Source: Patescibacteria group bacterium
GTDB lineage: Bacteria > Patescibacteriota > Minisyncoccia > Phycocordibacterales > UBA918
Length of the DNA stretch: 64,000 nucleotides
Direction of reading: 5' to 3'
NCBI GenBank assembly: GCA_019752815.1
Contig: JAIELQ010000005.1
Coordinates: 140,816 to 204,815 of the forward strand
Both the position numbers and the translations under genes were made by a program. The notes below the pieces were generated by a model, which ran no database searches, had not been told where the DNA came from, and saw only the letters and a list, made by a program, of their open reading frames with translations. Within the stretch, counting starts at the first letter, position 1. The number at the start of each line of letters is the position of its first letter. Positions 9,171-19,377 of this stretch are shown here, piece by piece.

Positions 9171-10858
9171 AATCAATTTTCACCACGGTTATAAAAATAT
9201 GCTGCGTCGTTGTTTTTGTGACGATTGGTTCTGTGGTGCAGGCAGAAATGATTACTAAATTTGAAGCTGACTATTCGGTATTGGACAGTGGGGAGGTGTC
9301 GGTAGTGGAAACAATCAATTATGATTTTGGCGCCAATGAGCGTCATGGAATTTTTCGTACCATTATTAATACCCATCCTCAGCCAGCTTCATCCTGGTAT
9401 AAAAACCGTACGATAGAATTGGAGGTCTTGGGTGTGACACGAGACGGTAAAGTCGAACCCTATACCGTAAACAACGGGAGCGGTGAGTCTGAAATAAAAA
9501 TTGGAGACCCTGACGCTACGTTAATGGGGTTGCAAACCTACGTCATTACGTACTCGTTACGTGGGGCACTGTCGTACGGTGAGGCCGGTGCGGAATTTTA
9601 TTACAATGTCACCGGGAATGATTGGGAAGTCCCCATTGCACTCGCCGTTGCGCGGGTGAGCGGAGAGTTGCTTATGGGTAGATACTATTGCTACCAGGGT
9701 GCTTCAGGAGCAACTGATACGTGTACCAACAGCATGAAAGATAATGGTATCGTCACGTTTACCGCGAACAATATTAACCCAGGTGAGCAATTCACAGTCG
9801 CGACTGAACTCGATGCAACTAAGGTGGCCTACGCATTACAAGAGGAAGTAACCTGGTTACTATTTGGGTATACACTTGCCGGTATGTGGTTGATAGGCCT
9901 TGCTAGCTACGTGTACCGTTTTCGGTATGCACACTACGTTCCTAAATCAGTGGTGGCCCAGTATGAGCCGTACCAAGATTTTTTACCAATGTACACCGGG
10001 TATTTGTTTGATAACATACTTGACCCCAAGGACATTACAGCCGGGATTTTGTATTTAGCGGAGCAAGGTTTTATAAAAATTACCCGCACCGAAAAGAAGG
10101 TGCTACTTATTTTTCCCACCACTGACTATGTTCTTACTTTGCAAAAACCACTTAGTGAAATACCGTCAAAGTTTTTAACAAAGGTTTCTGAATTGTTATT
10201 TGTCGACGGAGCAGCAGTTGGAACAGAAGTCCCTATCTCGACACTCGCCAATGAACGAGCTAAAAATGCTGAACGTATCATGTATCTTAAGCGTGATTTA
10301 GGTGAAGATTTAAAACTAAATGGTTTTCTCGAATCAACGTTCCCACTTCTGTCAGCTAAAATACCACCGGTCTTGATTGGATTGTTTGTAGTTTTTGGAG
10401 GATTTGTATTTGCACCAAATGGCATTATTTTGATTGTACTGATGTTTGCAGTCACTATTGTTCTCGGGTTGATACTGCTTATTCCGCGCAAAACTGCCAG
10501 TTGGTATGAAGCCCGAAATCATATTGAAGGGTTTAAACTATTTCTGTCAGTGACTGACAAGGAACGATTCGATTTTCACAATGCACCAGAGAAAAGTCCC
10601 GAGTTGTTTATGCAGTACTTGCCGTATGCGGTGGCGCTTGGTGTCGAGGAAAAATGGGCCAAGGTCTTCGAGGGTATTACCATTCCGCAACCTGATTGGT
10701 ATGAAGGCGGAAATATCGCCGCCTTTAGCACCGGAACCCTCACGAGTGACCTCGGCGCATTCTCAACCGCGTTGTCGACCAATTCAGGAGTGAGTGGAAG
10801 TTCAGGTGGGGGGAGTTCAGGAGGGGGTGGAGGGGGTGGAGGTGGCGGCAGCTGGTAG
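9167..10858 (+). CDS. DUF2207 family membrane protein
   Basis: Signal peptide, RHGIFR, YNVTGNDW, YLPYAVALGV, Gly-rich GGGGGGSW tail; near lemA/htpX. Confidence 0.88.
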   Translation: MKSIFTTVIKICCVVVFVTIGSVVQAEMITKFEADYSVLDSGEVSVVETINYDFGANERHGIFRTIINTHPQPASSWYKNRTIELEVLGVTRDGKVEPYTVNNGSGESEIKIGDPDATLMGLQTYVITYSLRGALSYGEAGAEFYYNVTGNDWEVPIALAVARVSGELLMGRYYCYQGASGATDTCTNSMKDNGIVTFTANNINPGEQFTVATELDATKVAYALQEEVTWLLFGYTLAGMWLIGLASYVYRFRYAHYVPKSVVAQYEPYQDFLPMYTGYLFDNILDPKDITAGILYLAEQGFIKITRTEKKVLLIFPTTDYVLTLQKPLSEIPSKFLTKVSELLFVDGAAVGTEVPISTLANERAKNAERIMYLKRDLGEDLKLNGFLESTFPLLSAKIPPVLIGLFVVFGGFVFAPNGIILIVLMFAVTIVLGLILLIPRKTASWYEARNHIEGFKLFLSVTDKERFDFHNAPEKSPELFMQYLPYAVALGVEEKWAKVFEGITIPQPDWYEGGNIAAFSTGTLTSDLGAFSTALSTNSGVSGSSGGGSSGGGGGGGGGGSW

Positions 10859-10981
10859 ACGGACACGCAAAAATGGTCCACTTCGTTGTTGCTCTGCACA
10901 AAATGACACTCATCGTACAGATGTACGCCTCGCGCCATTTCGCTTGAGCGCCTAGAATTGAACTCATTTTTTCGCGTCCGT
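10859..10981. repeat. ~123-bp imperfect-palindrome element, copy B
   Basis: Ends ACGGACACGCAAAAATG / CATTTTTTCGCGTCCGT; core CTCATCGTAC-AGAT-GTACGCCTCG at 10909-10932. Confidence 0.7.
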
Positions 10982-11007
10982 AAGTGCTATTTTTAATTTA
11001 TCTTCAC

Positions 11008-11131
11008 AAAAAAATACCCAGGTCAGCAAAAGCAAACCTGGGCAGCAGCACTGCACATCACGTCTAAGTGAGGCATTAGGCGATTACGCTTCAGGCTTGG
11101 CTGCATCCTGATACGACGTCTTTATCACGCA
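11008..11131 (-). ncRNA. Candidate small RNA or micro-peptide transcript
   Basis: TTGACA-N17-TATATT at 11165-11137; terminator CCCAGGT...ACCTGGG plus T7 at 11042-11008; no substantial ORF between. Confidence 0.35.
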
Positions 11132-11244
11132 TCGTAAATATATATTTGTATTAACATTATGTCAATGTGGCAACATTTTAATCTAAAAATTCAACACCCA
11201 TAACATGATTCAAAAATTTGTAAAATGTTGTATAATACACGTCT

Positions 11245-12147
11245 ATGGCAACAACAATTTATACACAGCAGGGGAGTAATATCGCTAAAACATGGCTTTT
11301 GATGGGAACTTTTCTCATTATGGTTATTGCTATTTCCTATGGAGTAGCGTTTTATCTGGGGAATCCATCTATTCTCTACATTGGGGTCGCCTTTGCGCTC
11401 ATTATGAACGTGGGTAGTTACTGGTTCTCGGACAAGCTGGTCTTGAGTATGACCAACGCCAAGCCAGTAGCAAAACAAGATGCTCCGGAGCTCTATAACA
11501 TTGTTGAAAATCTCGCGATTACTGCTGGTCTGCCAATGCCAAAAGTCTATATCGTTAATGATCCAGCACCAAACGCCTTTGCTACTGGACGTAACCCCGA
11601 ACATGCGGTTGTCGCAGTGACAACCGGGCTTTTGGCGATACTTGATAGAAATGAACTAGAAGGAGTAGTCGCCCATGAAATGGCACACATTGGTAATCGC
11701 GATATGTTAGTGATGACCGTGGCTGTTGTGCTCGCAGGGTTTGTGGCAATTATTGCTGATTTCTTTTCTCGAGCACTGATGTTTGGTGGTGGTGACAGGG
11801 ATAACAAAGTGGGAATCCTGTTTTTGATTTTAGGAATTGTGGGAATTATTCTAGCTCCGATTGCTGCACAATTAATGCAGATGGCTATTTCTCGTCGTCG
11901 TGAATATTTGGCTGATGCGACTGGTGCGCTTTTGACTCGGTACCCAGAAGGACTGGCTTCAGCACTAGAGAAAATTTCTGGCTACGGTGGGCAAATGAAA
12001 TCAGCGAGTCATGCCACCGCCCACTTATTTATTGCCGACCCCTACGGCCCGCAAAAACGTTCAATTGGTCAAAAAATAGGCGGTTTGTTCCAAACCCACC
12101 CTCCAGCCGCTGATCGCATCCGAATGTTGCGCGAAATGGACGTTTAA
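11245..12147 (+). CDS. htpX: Zinc metalloprotease HtpX (M48)
   Basis: PNAFATG, HEMAH zinc motif, SRRREYLAD, THPP. Confidence 0.95.
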   Translation: MATTIYTQQGSNIAKTWLLMGTFLIMVIAISYGVAFYLGNPSILYIGVAFALIMNVGSYWFSDKLVLSMTNAKPVAKQDAPELYNIVENLAITAGLPMPKVYIVNDPAPNAFATGRNPEHAVVAVTTGLLAILDRNELEGVVAHEMAHIGNRDMLVMTVAVVLAGFVAIIADFFSRALMFGGGDRDNKVGILFLILGIVGIILAPIAAQLMQMAISRRREYLADATGALLTRYPEGLASALEKISGYGGQMKSASHATAHLFIADPYGPQKRSIGQKIGGLFQTHPPAADRIRMLREMDV

Positions 12148-12164
12148 TTCGTAAATTTAATTCT

Positions 12165-12614
12165 ATGCCTGAACTAAAATCGTTACTGATGTTGCTCGCG
12201 GTTACGGTGGTAGCAGCCGGCGCTACTTGGTATATCAAAGATCAGATCTATCACATGCATCATGTCACTGATAACGTAGCTACTACCTCCACCATCACCA
12301 TCATTGATTCAGAAGTTGAAACTCCAATCGAAGAATCTAGCATAGTCGTGCAACCCCCGGCAGAACCCGTAGTAAAACCTAATCCACCAGTAATGCCACC
12401 TCCGGAAAAGCCAGTGTTGGCCGGTGCCTGTGTAGTTGGCGGATGCAGTTCACAACTGTGTGGGGAAGCGAGTGAGATGGATGGCATGGTTACTACCTGC
12501 GAGTATCGAGAAGAATACGCCTGCTACCAAACTGCCAAATGTGAACGTCAAGCCACCGGCAAATGTGGCTGGACTGAAACCCCAGAGCTTCTACAATGTA
12601 TTAAAAATTCATAA
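12165..12614 (+). CDS. Membrane-anchored protein with Pro-rich linker and Cys-rich C-terminal domain (eight-cysteine-cluster-like)
   Basis: CVVGGCSSQLC...TTCE...ACY...C...CGW...C. Confidence 0.7.
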   Translation: MPELKSLLMLLAVTVVAAGATWYIKDQIYHMHHVTDNVATTSTITIIDSEVETPIEESSIVVQPPAEPVVKPNPPVMPPPEKPVLAGACVVGGCSSQLCGEASEMDGMVTTCEYREEYACYQTAKCERQATGKCGWTETPELLQCIKNS

Positions 12615-12623
12615 TTCAAAAAC

Positions 12624-13067
12624 ATGCAAATTACCAAATCACAATTCAAAAAACTGATACTTTTCCAAGCGGTACTACTTTTTGTGTATGTCATTGCGAG
12701 CTTCTTTACGCCAGCTTTGCTTCCTGCAGAACTACAGACATATCTTGATTCTGTTTATGAGCAGGATTTATCAATATACGAAATTATTACCGCCGTTTTG
12801 GCCTTACCGCTTCTAGTATGGATGTTGCAAAACTTGGTAGCCTTATATCAGTTCAGGTCATATGCCCCAAAACATTTGTTATATATAACTATGATTAGTG
12901 TTTTGCTGTACATCTCTATTCCAGGAGCAATTGTCTATACAGTAATTGATTCTTTCCTTAATGACCTACTCTTTTTACTAGCTGGGTTTACATTAGCGAT
13001 AGTATTTTATTCTAATATTGCTGACGAGTTTAAGAAGCCAGTCGAAAAGAACACCCCAACCGTGTAG
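12624..13067 (+). CDS. Hypothetical 4-TM membrane protein
   Basis: 147 aa, four hydrophobic segments, co-oriented with neighbours. Confidence 0.7.
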   Translation: MQITKSQFKKLILFQAVLLFVYVIASFFTPALLPAELQTYLDSVYEQDLSIYEIITAVLALPLLVWMLQNLVALYQFRSYAPKHLLYITMISVLLYISIPGAIVYTVIDSFLNDLLFLLAGFTLAIVFYSNIADEFKKPVEKNTPTV

Positions 13068-13077
13068 CTTTTGTTCT

Positions 13078-14304
13078 ATGAGTCACGTTTCTAAAACTAC
13101 AAAACAAACGTGCTTATATTGTGGTAATAATCCAATTTCACACCGCATGTCAAAAATAGACTCGGTGCTGTTTTTGACACTTGATCCGATCGGGCAGTGG
13201 TTCCTTCGTACGTGGTTTGGGCGCGGTATTCTCTGGGGTGTAGACCGATTATTCGCTTTGTTTCTCTGGCTCGGTACAAAATTTGGGTTCATGTATTTTG
13301 CACCAGTGCCCGACACGATTGATTCCGATAGAGGTAAGGTATTAATGGACGAAGCCAAAGCCCGCGGCTACAAAACCGAAGTTCTCATCGTGTTCGGAAA
13401 AATACACGATACGTATCGCGTCACCTTTGCAATTGGCAAAGCAATCATCTTTGAAGGGGTGCCGCGATTATCGAGGTTAAATGCCATGACCTCAGCCTGG
13501 CTTGATGATAAGGCAAAAATGAAACAATGTTTACTCGCGCACAATGTCCCAGCACCAAAAGGCGCTGCGGTATCATCATGGCGTGCCGCCAAAAAACTTT
13601 TTGATACGTTACAAAAACCAGTCATCATCAAACCCCGTTTTGGTTCTCGCGGACGACATACAACTACTCACATCAACAATCTAACTGATTTTAAAATTGC
13701 GTACGAACGAGCCAAACAATTATGTGTACAGGTTATAGTCGAGGAACATTATGTCGGCAGTGTCTATCGTGCCACGTGCGTGGATGGTAAATTGGGTGGT
13801 GTGCTCGCCGGTGACCCACCGCGTATTACTGGCGATGGAATTGCTACCATTGTGCAATTAATTGAACGGAAAAATGATACGAGACCAGCGCGGGTTGGAT
13901 TGGTACGTATTACCGAAAAACACCTGGATTTTTTGCGCGCCCAGGGTTATACCTTCGAGACAGTTTTGCCTGCTGGTCTGACTATTGATATTAGTGAAAA
14001 AATTGGTCTTAGTTACGGTGGATGCAGTCGTGAGGTGACAGATGTGACCCATCCAAAATTAGTGAGTGAACTCGAGCGAGCCGCAGTAGCCACCGGGGAC
14101 CCGTTAGTAGGGTTTGATTTTATTACCACGAGTGTTGAGGCCGACCCGGATACCGTCAGGTGGGGAATTATCGAATGTAACTCAGTACCATTTATCAATT
14201 TACATCACGACCCATTAATTGGTACTCCAGTAAACGTAGCCGCCAGGGTGTGGGATTGGGTAGAGGAGGGTAGTAAAATATCTTCATTTAAAAAAATAAT
14301 ATAA
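13078..14304 (+). CDS. ATP-grasp protein resembling cyanophycin synthetase N-half / GshF C-terminal domain
   Basis: [58 protein letters not shown]. Confidence 0.75.
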   Translation: MSHVSKTTKQTCLYCGNNPISHRMSKIDSVLFLTLDPIGQWFLRTWFGRGILWGVDRLFALFLWLGTKFGFMYFAPVPDTIDSDRGKVLMDEAKARGYKTEVLIVFGKIHDTYRVTFAIGKAIIFEGVPRLSRLNAMTSAWLDDKAKMKQCLLAHNVPAPKGAAVSSWRAAKKLFDTLQKPVIIKPRFGSRGRHTTTHINNLTDFKIAYERAKQLCVQVIVEEHYVGSVYRATCVDGKLGGVLAGDPPRITGDGIATIVQLIERKNDTRPARVGLVRITEKHLDFLRAQGYTFETVLPAGLTIDISEKIGLSYGGCSREVTDVTHPKLVSELERAAVATGDPLVGFDFITTSVEADPDTVRWGIIECNSVPFINLHHDPLIGTPVNVAARVWDWVEEGSKISSFKKII

Positions 14305-14308
14305 CTCG

Positions 14309-14797
14309 ATGAACAAAAAAATTGTTTTAGCCGGAGGGTGCTTTTGGGGGTTAGAAGACCTTCTCCGTGACCAAAAGGGAGCTGTTACAACAGAAGTAGG
14401 GTATACCGGCGGTACCAACGAAAACCCAACCTACCAATTCCATCCCGGTCACGCAGAAGCCGTTGAGATTACCTACGACCCAGAGCAAATAACATATAAA
14501 CAATTGCTCGATTTCTTTTTTCAAATTCATAATCCGACAACTCTAAATCAACAGGGTAATGACCGTGGCACCTCCTACCGGTCGGCTATTTTCTATGGAA
14601 ATGAAGAAGAGAAAGCAATAGCCACTGAAATGATAGCGATTGTAAACGCATCAAAACGTTGGTCAGATCCTGTTGTAACTACATTGGAACCTCTCACAAC
14701 ATTTTGGGTAGCAGAAGGATATCACCAGGACTATTTACTAAAAAATCCGGGTGGTTACACCTGTCACGCTATTTATTTTTCTAGCTACCTGGACTAA
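14309..14797 (+). CDS. msrA: Peptide methionine sulfoxide reductase A
   Basis: [35 protein letters not shown]. Confidence 0.97.
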   Translation: MNKKIVLAGGCFWGLEDLLRDQKGAVTTEVGYTGGTNENPTYQFHPGHAEAVEITYDPEQITYKQLLDFFFQIHNPTTLNQQGNDRGTSYRSAIFYGNEEEKAIATEMIAIVNASKRWSDPVVTTLEPLTTFWVAEGYHQDYLLKNPGGYTCHAIYFSSYLD

Positions 14798-14833
14798 TTT
14801 AGGCCTTATTCGTGACTGCTGTATACTTAGTCT

Positions 14834-15484
14834 ATGAAAGCATTAGTTTTAGTTTTGATCGTGGTGGTGGTTGTGAGTGCGTATTTTTATTATGATTTTT
14901 CGCCGGCTGATACACCAACTGAAGTACCGGTAGTCGAGATTGAAGAAATTTCTAAAACTCCACTTCCTCCGACAACTGCTCCGGCCCAAATCGCTGTGTT
15001 TGAAAACAGTGATTATAACTTCACCTTTAACTACCGCATCAAGCCCTATGGCTACTCAATGTTTGAAAATACGCTCGATCAGAATATTGACATGGGTACG
15101 CTATTTGGCGTGACGCTAATGCGTTCCGATGACTACAATGCGGTGGTTAAAGCCGCAGCCGAAGGTAACGCCATGGACGGACCACCATCAATGTCAGTGT
15201 ATGTGTATAGCGCCTCTAAAATTACTGATCTAGAAGCCTGGTTGATTGATAACAAAATGATCACCAATTGTATGGATGGGGAAGTGACAAATACGATGCT
15301 GGCTGGCAACGACGCCAAAAGTTGTTTGTGGGATGGATTGTATCCCGGTGTAACCGTGGCGCAAATTAGTGACAATAAAATCTATCTCCTAGTAGGTACC
15401 AGAGAATCAATGGAGACCGAAGGTGGCTTCTCATATGAAAAAGATTTTAATGAGCTGGTGACAACGTTTACCATTACTCCGTAG
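14834..15484 (+). CDS. Hypothetical exported protein
   Basis: N-terminal TM/signal, 216 aa; -10 TATACT 6 nt before ATG. Confidence 0.7.
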   Translation: MKALVLVLIVVVVVSAYFYYDFSPADTPTEVPVVEIEEISKTPLPPTTAPAQIAVFENSDYNFTFNYRIKPYGYSMFENTLDQNIDMGTLFGVTLMRSDDYNAVVKAAAEGNAMDGPPSMSVYVYSASKITDLEAWLIDNKMITNCMDGEVTNTMLAGNDAKSCLWDGLYPGVTVAQISDNKIYLLVGTRESMETEGGFSYEKDFNELVTTFTITP

Positions 15485-16370
15485 TAAGTAGTCCTTCAGC
15501 AGTTAAGTAATTAATAATCCCATTGGCAATACCCTCAGCAATGAGGGCTGGTTGGGTGGTCATGAGTGTGCGGTCACTGGCATTGGTGAGAAAACCCATT
15601 TCAACAATGGCTGATGGGGTCTGCGGGTGAACCGCGTGATCATAGCGTCTCCAGTTAAACGCATAGTACCCACTCATTCTCCGAGTGAAGGCCTCATCTC
15701 GTTTAAGGCCGGTTGCTTGTTCATAGGTGGGGTACATGGCATCTACTAGTCGTTGTGCTTTTCCAGAATAATCTGTGCGTGGTGGGGCAATTTTAAAACC
15801 AGAGATTGAAGTGTCAGTGTTGCCATCAGCATGAATGGAGATAAACGCGTCTGCTAAATAATCAATGGGTACGGTCACCGGCAATAGGGTAACTTCAATC
15901 CCGGCATTAGTGAGCAATTTAACTACTTCCTCGGCGACCGCCAGGTTCACTTCTGTTTCAGTGTAGCCTCCAGCGGTGGCACCACTACTGCCTGTTAATC
16001 CCGATAATTCATTGGGCAAATTTTCACGTTGCCAGTGACCTGCCTGAATACCGACTCGTGGGGGACCAGCCGGTCGAGTTGTTGGGCCGTACACGGCGTA
16101 CTCTTCAGCATTCATTGGTTCCCAGTACGCTGCCCAACGAGTACGCCCATCAGGATTTGTTGGTTCGGGAATCGGAGGTAGGTAGGTGACTGATGTTGAG
16201 GCTTCTGGGTAATCAGTCGGTTCAGTGATAACTGAACGGGTAGTGTCCGCATCATCTATAAATTCCATTTCGTCATTGTGTGAATCACGAAATGAAAATT
16301 GCCCGGCAGCATTCAGCCACCAAATTCCGATACCAACGATTACGAGTGCACCAAATACAAAATATTTCAT
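15474..16370 (-). CDS. N-acetylmuramoyl-L-alanine amidase (Amidase_3), membrane anchored
   Basis: IQAGH, ETEVNL, FISIHAD, SAIVEMGFLTN. Confidence 0.88.
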   Translation of the reverse strand: MKYFVFGALVIVGIGIWWLNAAGQFSFRDSHNDEMEFIDDADTTRSVITEPTDYPEASTSVTYLPPIPEPTNPDGRTRWAAYWEPMNAEEYAVYGPTTRPAGPPRVGIQAGHWQRENLPNELSGLTGSSGATAGGYTETEVNLAVAEEVVKLLTNAGIEVTLLPVTVPIDYLADAFISIHADGNTDTSISGFKIAPPRTDYSGKAQRLVDAMYPTYEQATGLKRDEAFTRRMSGYYAFNWRRYDHAVHPQTPSAIVEMGFLTNASDRTLMTTQPALIAEGIANGIINYLTAEGLLTTE

Positions 16371-16405
16371 ACGGTATGCGCATTATACAGGATTTGTGTA
16401 TGGCT

Positions 16406-16566
16406 GCGGAGAGAGGGGATTCGAATTTTACAAATTCAGTACAGGTTATCGCTATTTTTCCAAAATAGCTGGTAACCTTTTCGAATCCCTACGTAAGTGA
16501 CGTCGAGTCACTTACTCTCCCTCCGCGAACAAAAAAGGCGCCAAGAGGCGCTCTGTTTTGTATTCG
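16406..16566. repeat. Direct and inverted echoes of tRNA-Ser 3' end with internal hairpins
   Basis: GCGGAGAGAGGGGATTCGAA at 16406 repeats the tRNA end at 16566; inverted TTCGAATCCCT...CTCTCCCTCCGC at 16480-16526. Confidence 0.7.
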
Positions 16567-16653
16567 CGGAGAGAGGGGGATTCGAACCCCCGAGGAGCTT
16601 TCACCCCTGCTACCTTTCCAAGGTAGTACATTCAACCACTCTGCCATCTCTCC
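16567..16653 (-). tRNA. tRNA-Ser(GGA)
   Basis: GGAGAGATGGCAGAGTGG...CTACC-TTGGAAA-GGTAG...long variable arm...GGTTCGAATCCCCCTCTCTCCG; full CCA not encoded. Confidence 0.97.
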
Positions 16654-16744
16654 TGATGGTGCTTGTGGAAAGCGTTGCTATCATAACGTAAATGGACCGG
16701 GGCGGGAAGTGATGCTATGCTTGTAGGTACTAAATAAACATTTT

Positions 16745-17296
16745 ATGAGTGGTCACGGACACGCGAAAAAAGAATATAAAGCATCAACCCAAGACTGGGG
16801 GATAATGATCATTACCTTTGTTGTTGGGGTAGTGGCGGGGTTTTATCTCTATGCCACAGCGTTTGCGCCACAATTTGATGAGCTACTAGGGCAAACGGAA
16901 GAAGTATATGAAGACTTTGTGCTCGAGGGTACACAGTACGGAGGAGATCGGATGGGTGGTACCGCACCGTCGTTCCAGGTACTCGAAAATGGCTCATATC
17001 GCTATCTGCCATACGCTGCCGAGGGTGAAATTGCTGAAGCACGAGAGGGGCTGATTCCGCGGGCACTCTTGAATGAAGTACAGCAAACACTGACGGTGGA
17101 AGCGCTTGAAATCTCCTCACAAATTGTCACTCGGGGTGATTGTATGTCCTATGTTGACGGGCGAGACTACAGCTATGAGGTTACGCTCGATGGCGTGGAA
17201 TACACCCTTGATACCTGTACCACAGCGTTAAGTAGCGGCAGTATCATAAACACTACTCTAGACAAACTGTGGAACTATTTTGAAACTTTAGAATAA
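16745..17296 (+). CDS. Hypothetical membrane-anchored protein
   Basis: 183 aa, single N-terminal TM, acidic ectodomain with Cys pair. Confidence 0.7.
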   Translation: MSGHGHAKKEYKASTQDWGIMIITFVVGVVAGFYLYATAFAPQFDELLGQTEEVYEDFVLEGTQYGGDRMGGTAPSFQVLENGSYRYLPYAAEGEIAEAREGLIPRALLNEVQQTLTVEALEISSQIVTRGDCMSYVDGRDYSYEVTLDGVEYTLDTCTTALSSGSIINTTLDKLWNYFETLE

Positions 17297-17440
17297 ACGA
17301 AATAAGTTACTAGAGGCGACGTATTAATAAAGGCAAGAAAGACACAATGTCGCTCTTGCCTTTATTATTCTTTAAATTTGAAATACAGCTATGTCCTATG
17401 CATTACTGACCTTTGCAAATTCTAACTTTGAAATAACTGT

Positions 17441-18109
17441 ATGAATTCAAAATCATTGCTGATTGCTATTGCTGCTTTGGCCCTTACTGCAACGGGCGCG
17501 CAAGCATTTAGTAGTAGCGCACTCATTACGGCCGGCTTAAGTGAAGAACAGCAAGCGGCGTTTGAGGTAGCGCGCGAACTTCGCCAGGAGGGAGATTTAA
17601 CGGCCGCTCGAGATGTATTAGTTGAAGCGGGAATTGATGCTGAGACCTTAGAAAAGGTACGCAGTGCGATGCGTGATGAGCGCGATGCACATAAAGCAGC
17701 TATTAAATCAGCGCTTGATGCGAACGACTTTGACGCCTTTACTAAAGTAATTGCAGGTACACCACTGTCTGATGTGATCACAACCGAGGAAGATTTTCAA
17801 AGTTTTAAACAAGCCCACGCACTACGTGACTCAGGTGACAAGGCTGGTGCCAAAGAAATTTTTGCTGAACTCGGACTTCCTTCAGGTAAGGATAAGGAGG
17901 GATTACATCCGGGACATGGCACGCACGGGCGCCATGGTGAGCCACTGTTTCTTGATGAGTTAACGGAAATACAGAAAGCGGCGTTTGCGGTCGCGCGGCA
18001 AGCCAATGATCGTGATGCTATGGAGGCAATATTGGATGAAGCCGGCATTGTAAAACCAACCAAAGGTGATAGTCCAAAATTTCTAAAAGATGGTCGGGAG
18101 TTAGATTAA
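17441..18109 (+). CDS. Exported helical-repeat protein
   Basis: Signal peptide ending AQA; three related units (AAFEVARELRQEGD..A..VLVEAGI / AHALRDSGD..A..IFAELGL / AAFAVARQAND..A..ILDEAGI); His/Gly patch. Confidence 0.75.
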   Translation: MNSKSLLIAIAALALTATGAQAFSSSALITAGLSEEQQAAFEVARELRQEGDLTAARDVLVEAGIDAETLEKVRSAMRDERDAHKAAIKSALDANDFDAFTKVIAGTPLSDVITTEEDFQSFKQAHALRDSGDKAGAKEIFAELGLPSGKDKEGLHPGHGTHGRHGEPLFLDELTEIQKAAFAVARQANDRDAMEAILDEAGIVKPTKGDSPKFLKDGRELD

Positions 18110-18202
18110 ATAAACTACCCACCAAAACCAAAATTGAGATCCAAAACGTGTCCTTGTTAAGTCAGGGCACGTTTTTGGTTAATTTGGTACAATAGAACTA
18201 AC

Positions 18203-18865
18203 ATGAAGACGGTTTATTATTTTGCGCTTGTGCTCCCAGTCATATTCGGTGCATCTGTAGCTTCTGCATTTGATGCGGTGCTGGAAACTGTCCCAACACA
18301 GTACGAGGTGATCACTATTCAAAATCCAGAAACAGAACAATTGATTCTGGGTGAATTACAAGATTTTCCAGAAATGTTTGAAATTGTTTCCGAAAATCCT
18401 TTTATCCTCAGTATGGAAATACGGGGGGTGCCTGACAATAGTCTTGATACAGCACCACAATTAAACGGTATTATTATTAAACAAAAAGAAGTCCGTGGGG
18501 TAGAAGAAATTGCTCGCTTGAACGCGATAGATAGTACCTGGGCACTCGTCACCGATAAGGTAACTGGTTTGCGGTATCAGGCCGGAACATTTTTTAGTGA
18601 AGAGGTAGAAGCTGGAACGTATCGCATTGAAATTAGTAGTCCGAATAATCAAGGTAAGTACATGCTCCTTGTAGGTACCAACACCGATGATAATGGATAT
18701 TTTGCATCACTGGCTGATACAAAATTGGTGTATCAATTTTATGGACTCAGTACACTCCGAATGTTTAGTTCGCCGTATGTTCACTATCCATTAGGGATAC
18801 TCGTTCTCATTGGATTAATCGGTGGTACCTGGTACTGGCAACGTAATCAAAAACTCCATGCTTAA
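18203..18865 (+). CDS. Hypothetical exported protein with C-terminal TM anchor
   Basis: Signal peptide, beta-rich GTYRIEISS segment, C-terminal TM. Confidence 0.7.
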   Translation: MKTVYYFALVLPVIFGASVASAFDAVLETVPTQYEVITIQNPETEQLILGELQDFPEMFEIVSENPFILSMEIRGVPDNSLDTAPQLNGIIIKQKEVRGVEEIARLNAIDSTWALVTDKVTGLRYQAGTFFSEEVEAGTYRIEISSPNNQGKYMLLVGTNTDDNGYFASLADTKLVYQFYGLSTLRMFSSPYVHYPLGILVLIGLIGGTWYWQRNQKLHA

Positions 18866-18963
18866 ACTACTGGTTGTTATCATGGCGGCGTGTATTTTTG
18901 CCTGGTTTGTCTATCCGCAGTTTGCTAACGGACAATCATTACTTGATGGCCTCAGATATTGGT

Positions 18964-19224
18964 ATGGCAGCTAGATGGTATGTCTATATCTTGCGTTGTT
19001 CTGATAATTCGTTATATACCGGAGTGACAACTGATGTTGAACGTAGGGTAAGGGAGCATAACGGGGAGGGGGTAAAGGGCAAAGGAGCAAAATACACCAA
19101 AGCTCATCGCCCGGTGAAGTTGGTATATCAAGAAATAGTCACTAGTCGTAGCGAAGCCCAAATCCGAGAAGCGCAGTTGCGGAAGCTTTCAAAAATAGAA
19201 AAGGAGAAATTGTTAAATACATAA
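18964..19224 (+). CDS. GIY-YIG nuclease (UPF0213-like)
   Basis: [36 protein letters not shown]; start moved to ATG 18964. Confidence 0.9.
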   Translation: MAARWYVYILRCSDNSLYTGVTTDVERRVREHNGEGVKGKGAKYTKAHRPVKLVYQEIVTSRSEAQIREAQLRKLSKIEKEKLLNT

Positions 19225-19377
19225 TTGAAAATGCACAGGCAAGACCTGTTCAAAAATCTTAAATTACTAGACAAAACCCCTAAAAAGCGGTATTCTAGTC
19301 ATGTTTTCGGGCGCGCCCATTTTATCGCGCGCCTTTCTCTGTTTTATAAGGGCGAAACGTTTAATTATTACTTTATT

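Noticed and set aside
10790-10858. G-rich repeat as a G-quadruplex or contingency tract
   Set aside because: It encodes the Gly/Ser-rich tail typical of DUF2207 proteins.
16497-16691. 64-aa ORF on +
   Set aside because: Antisense to tRNA-Ser.
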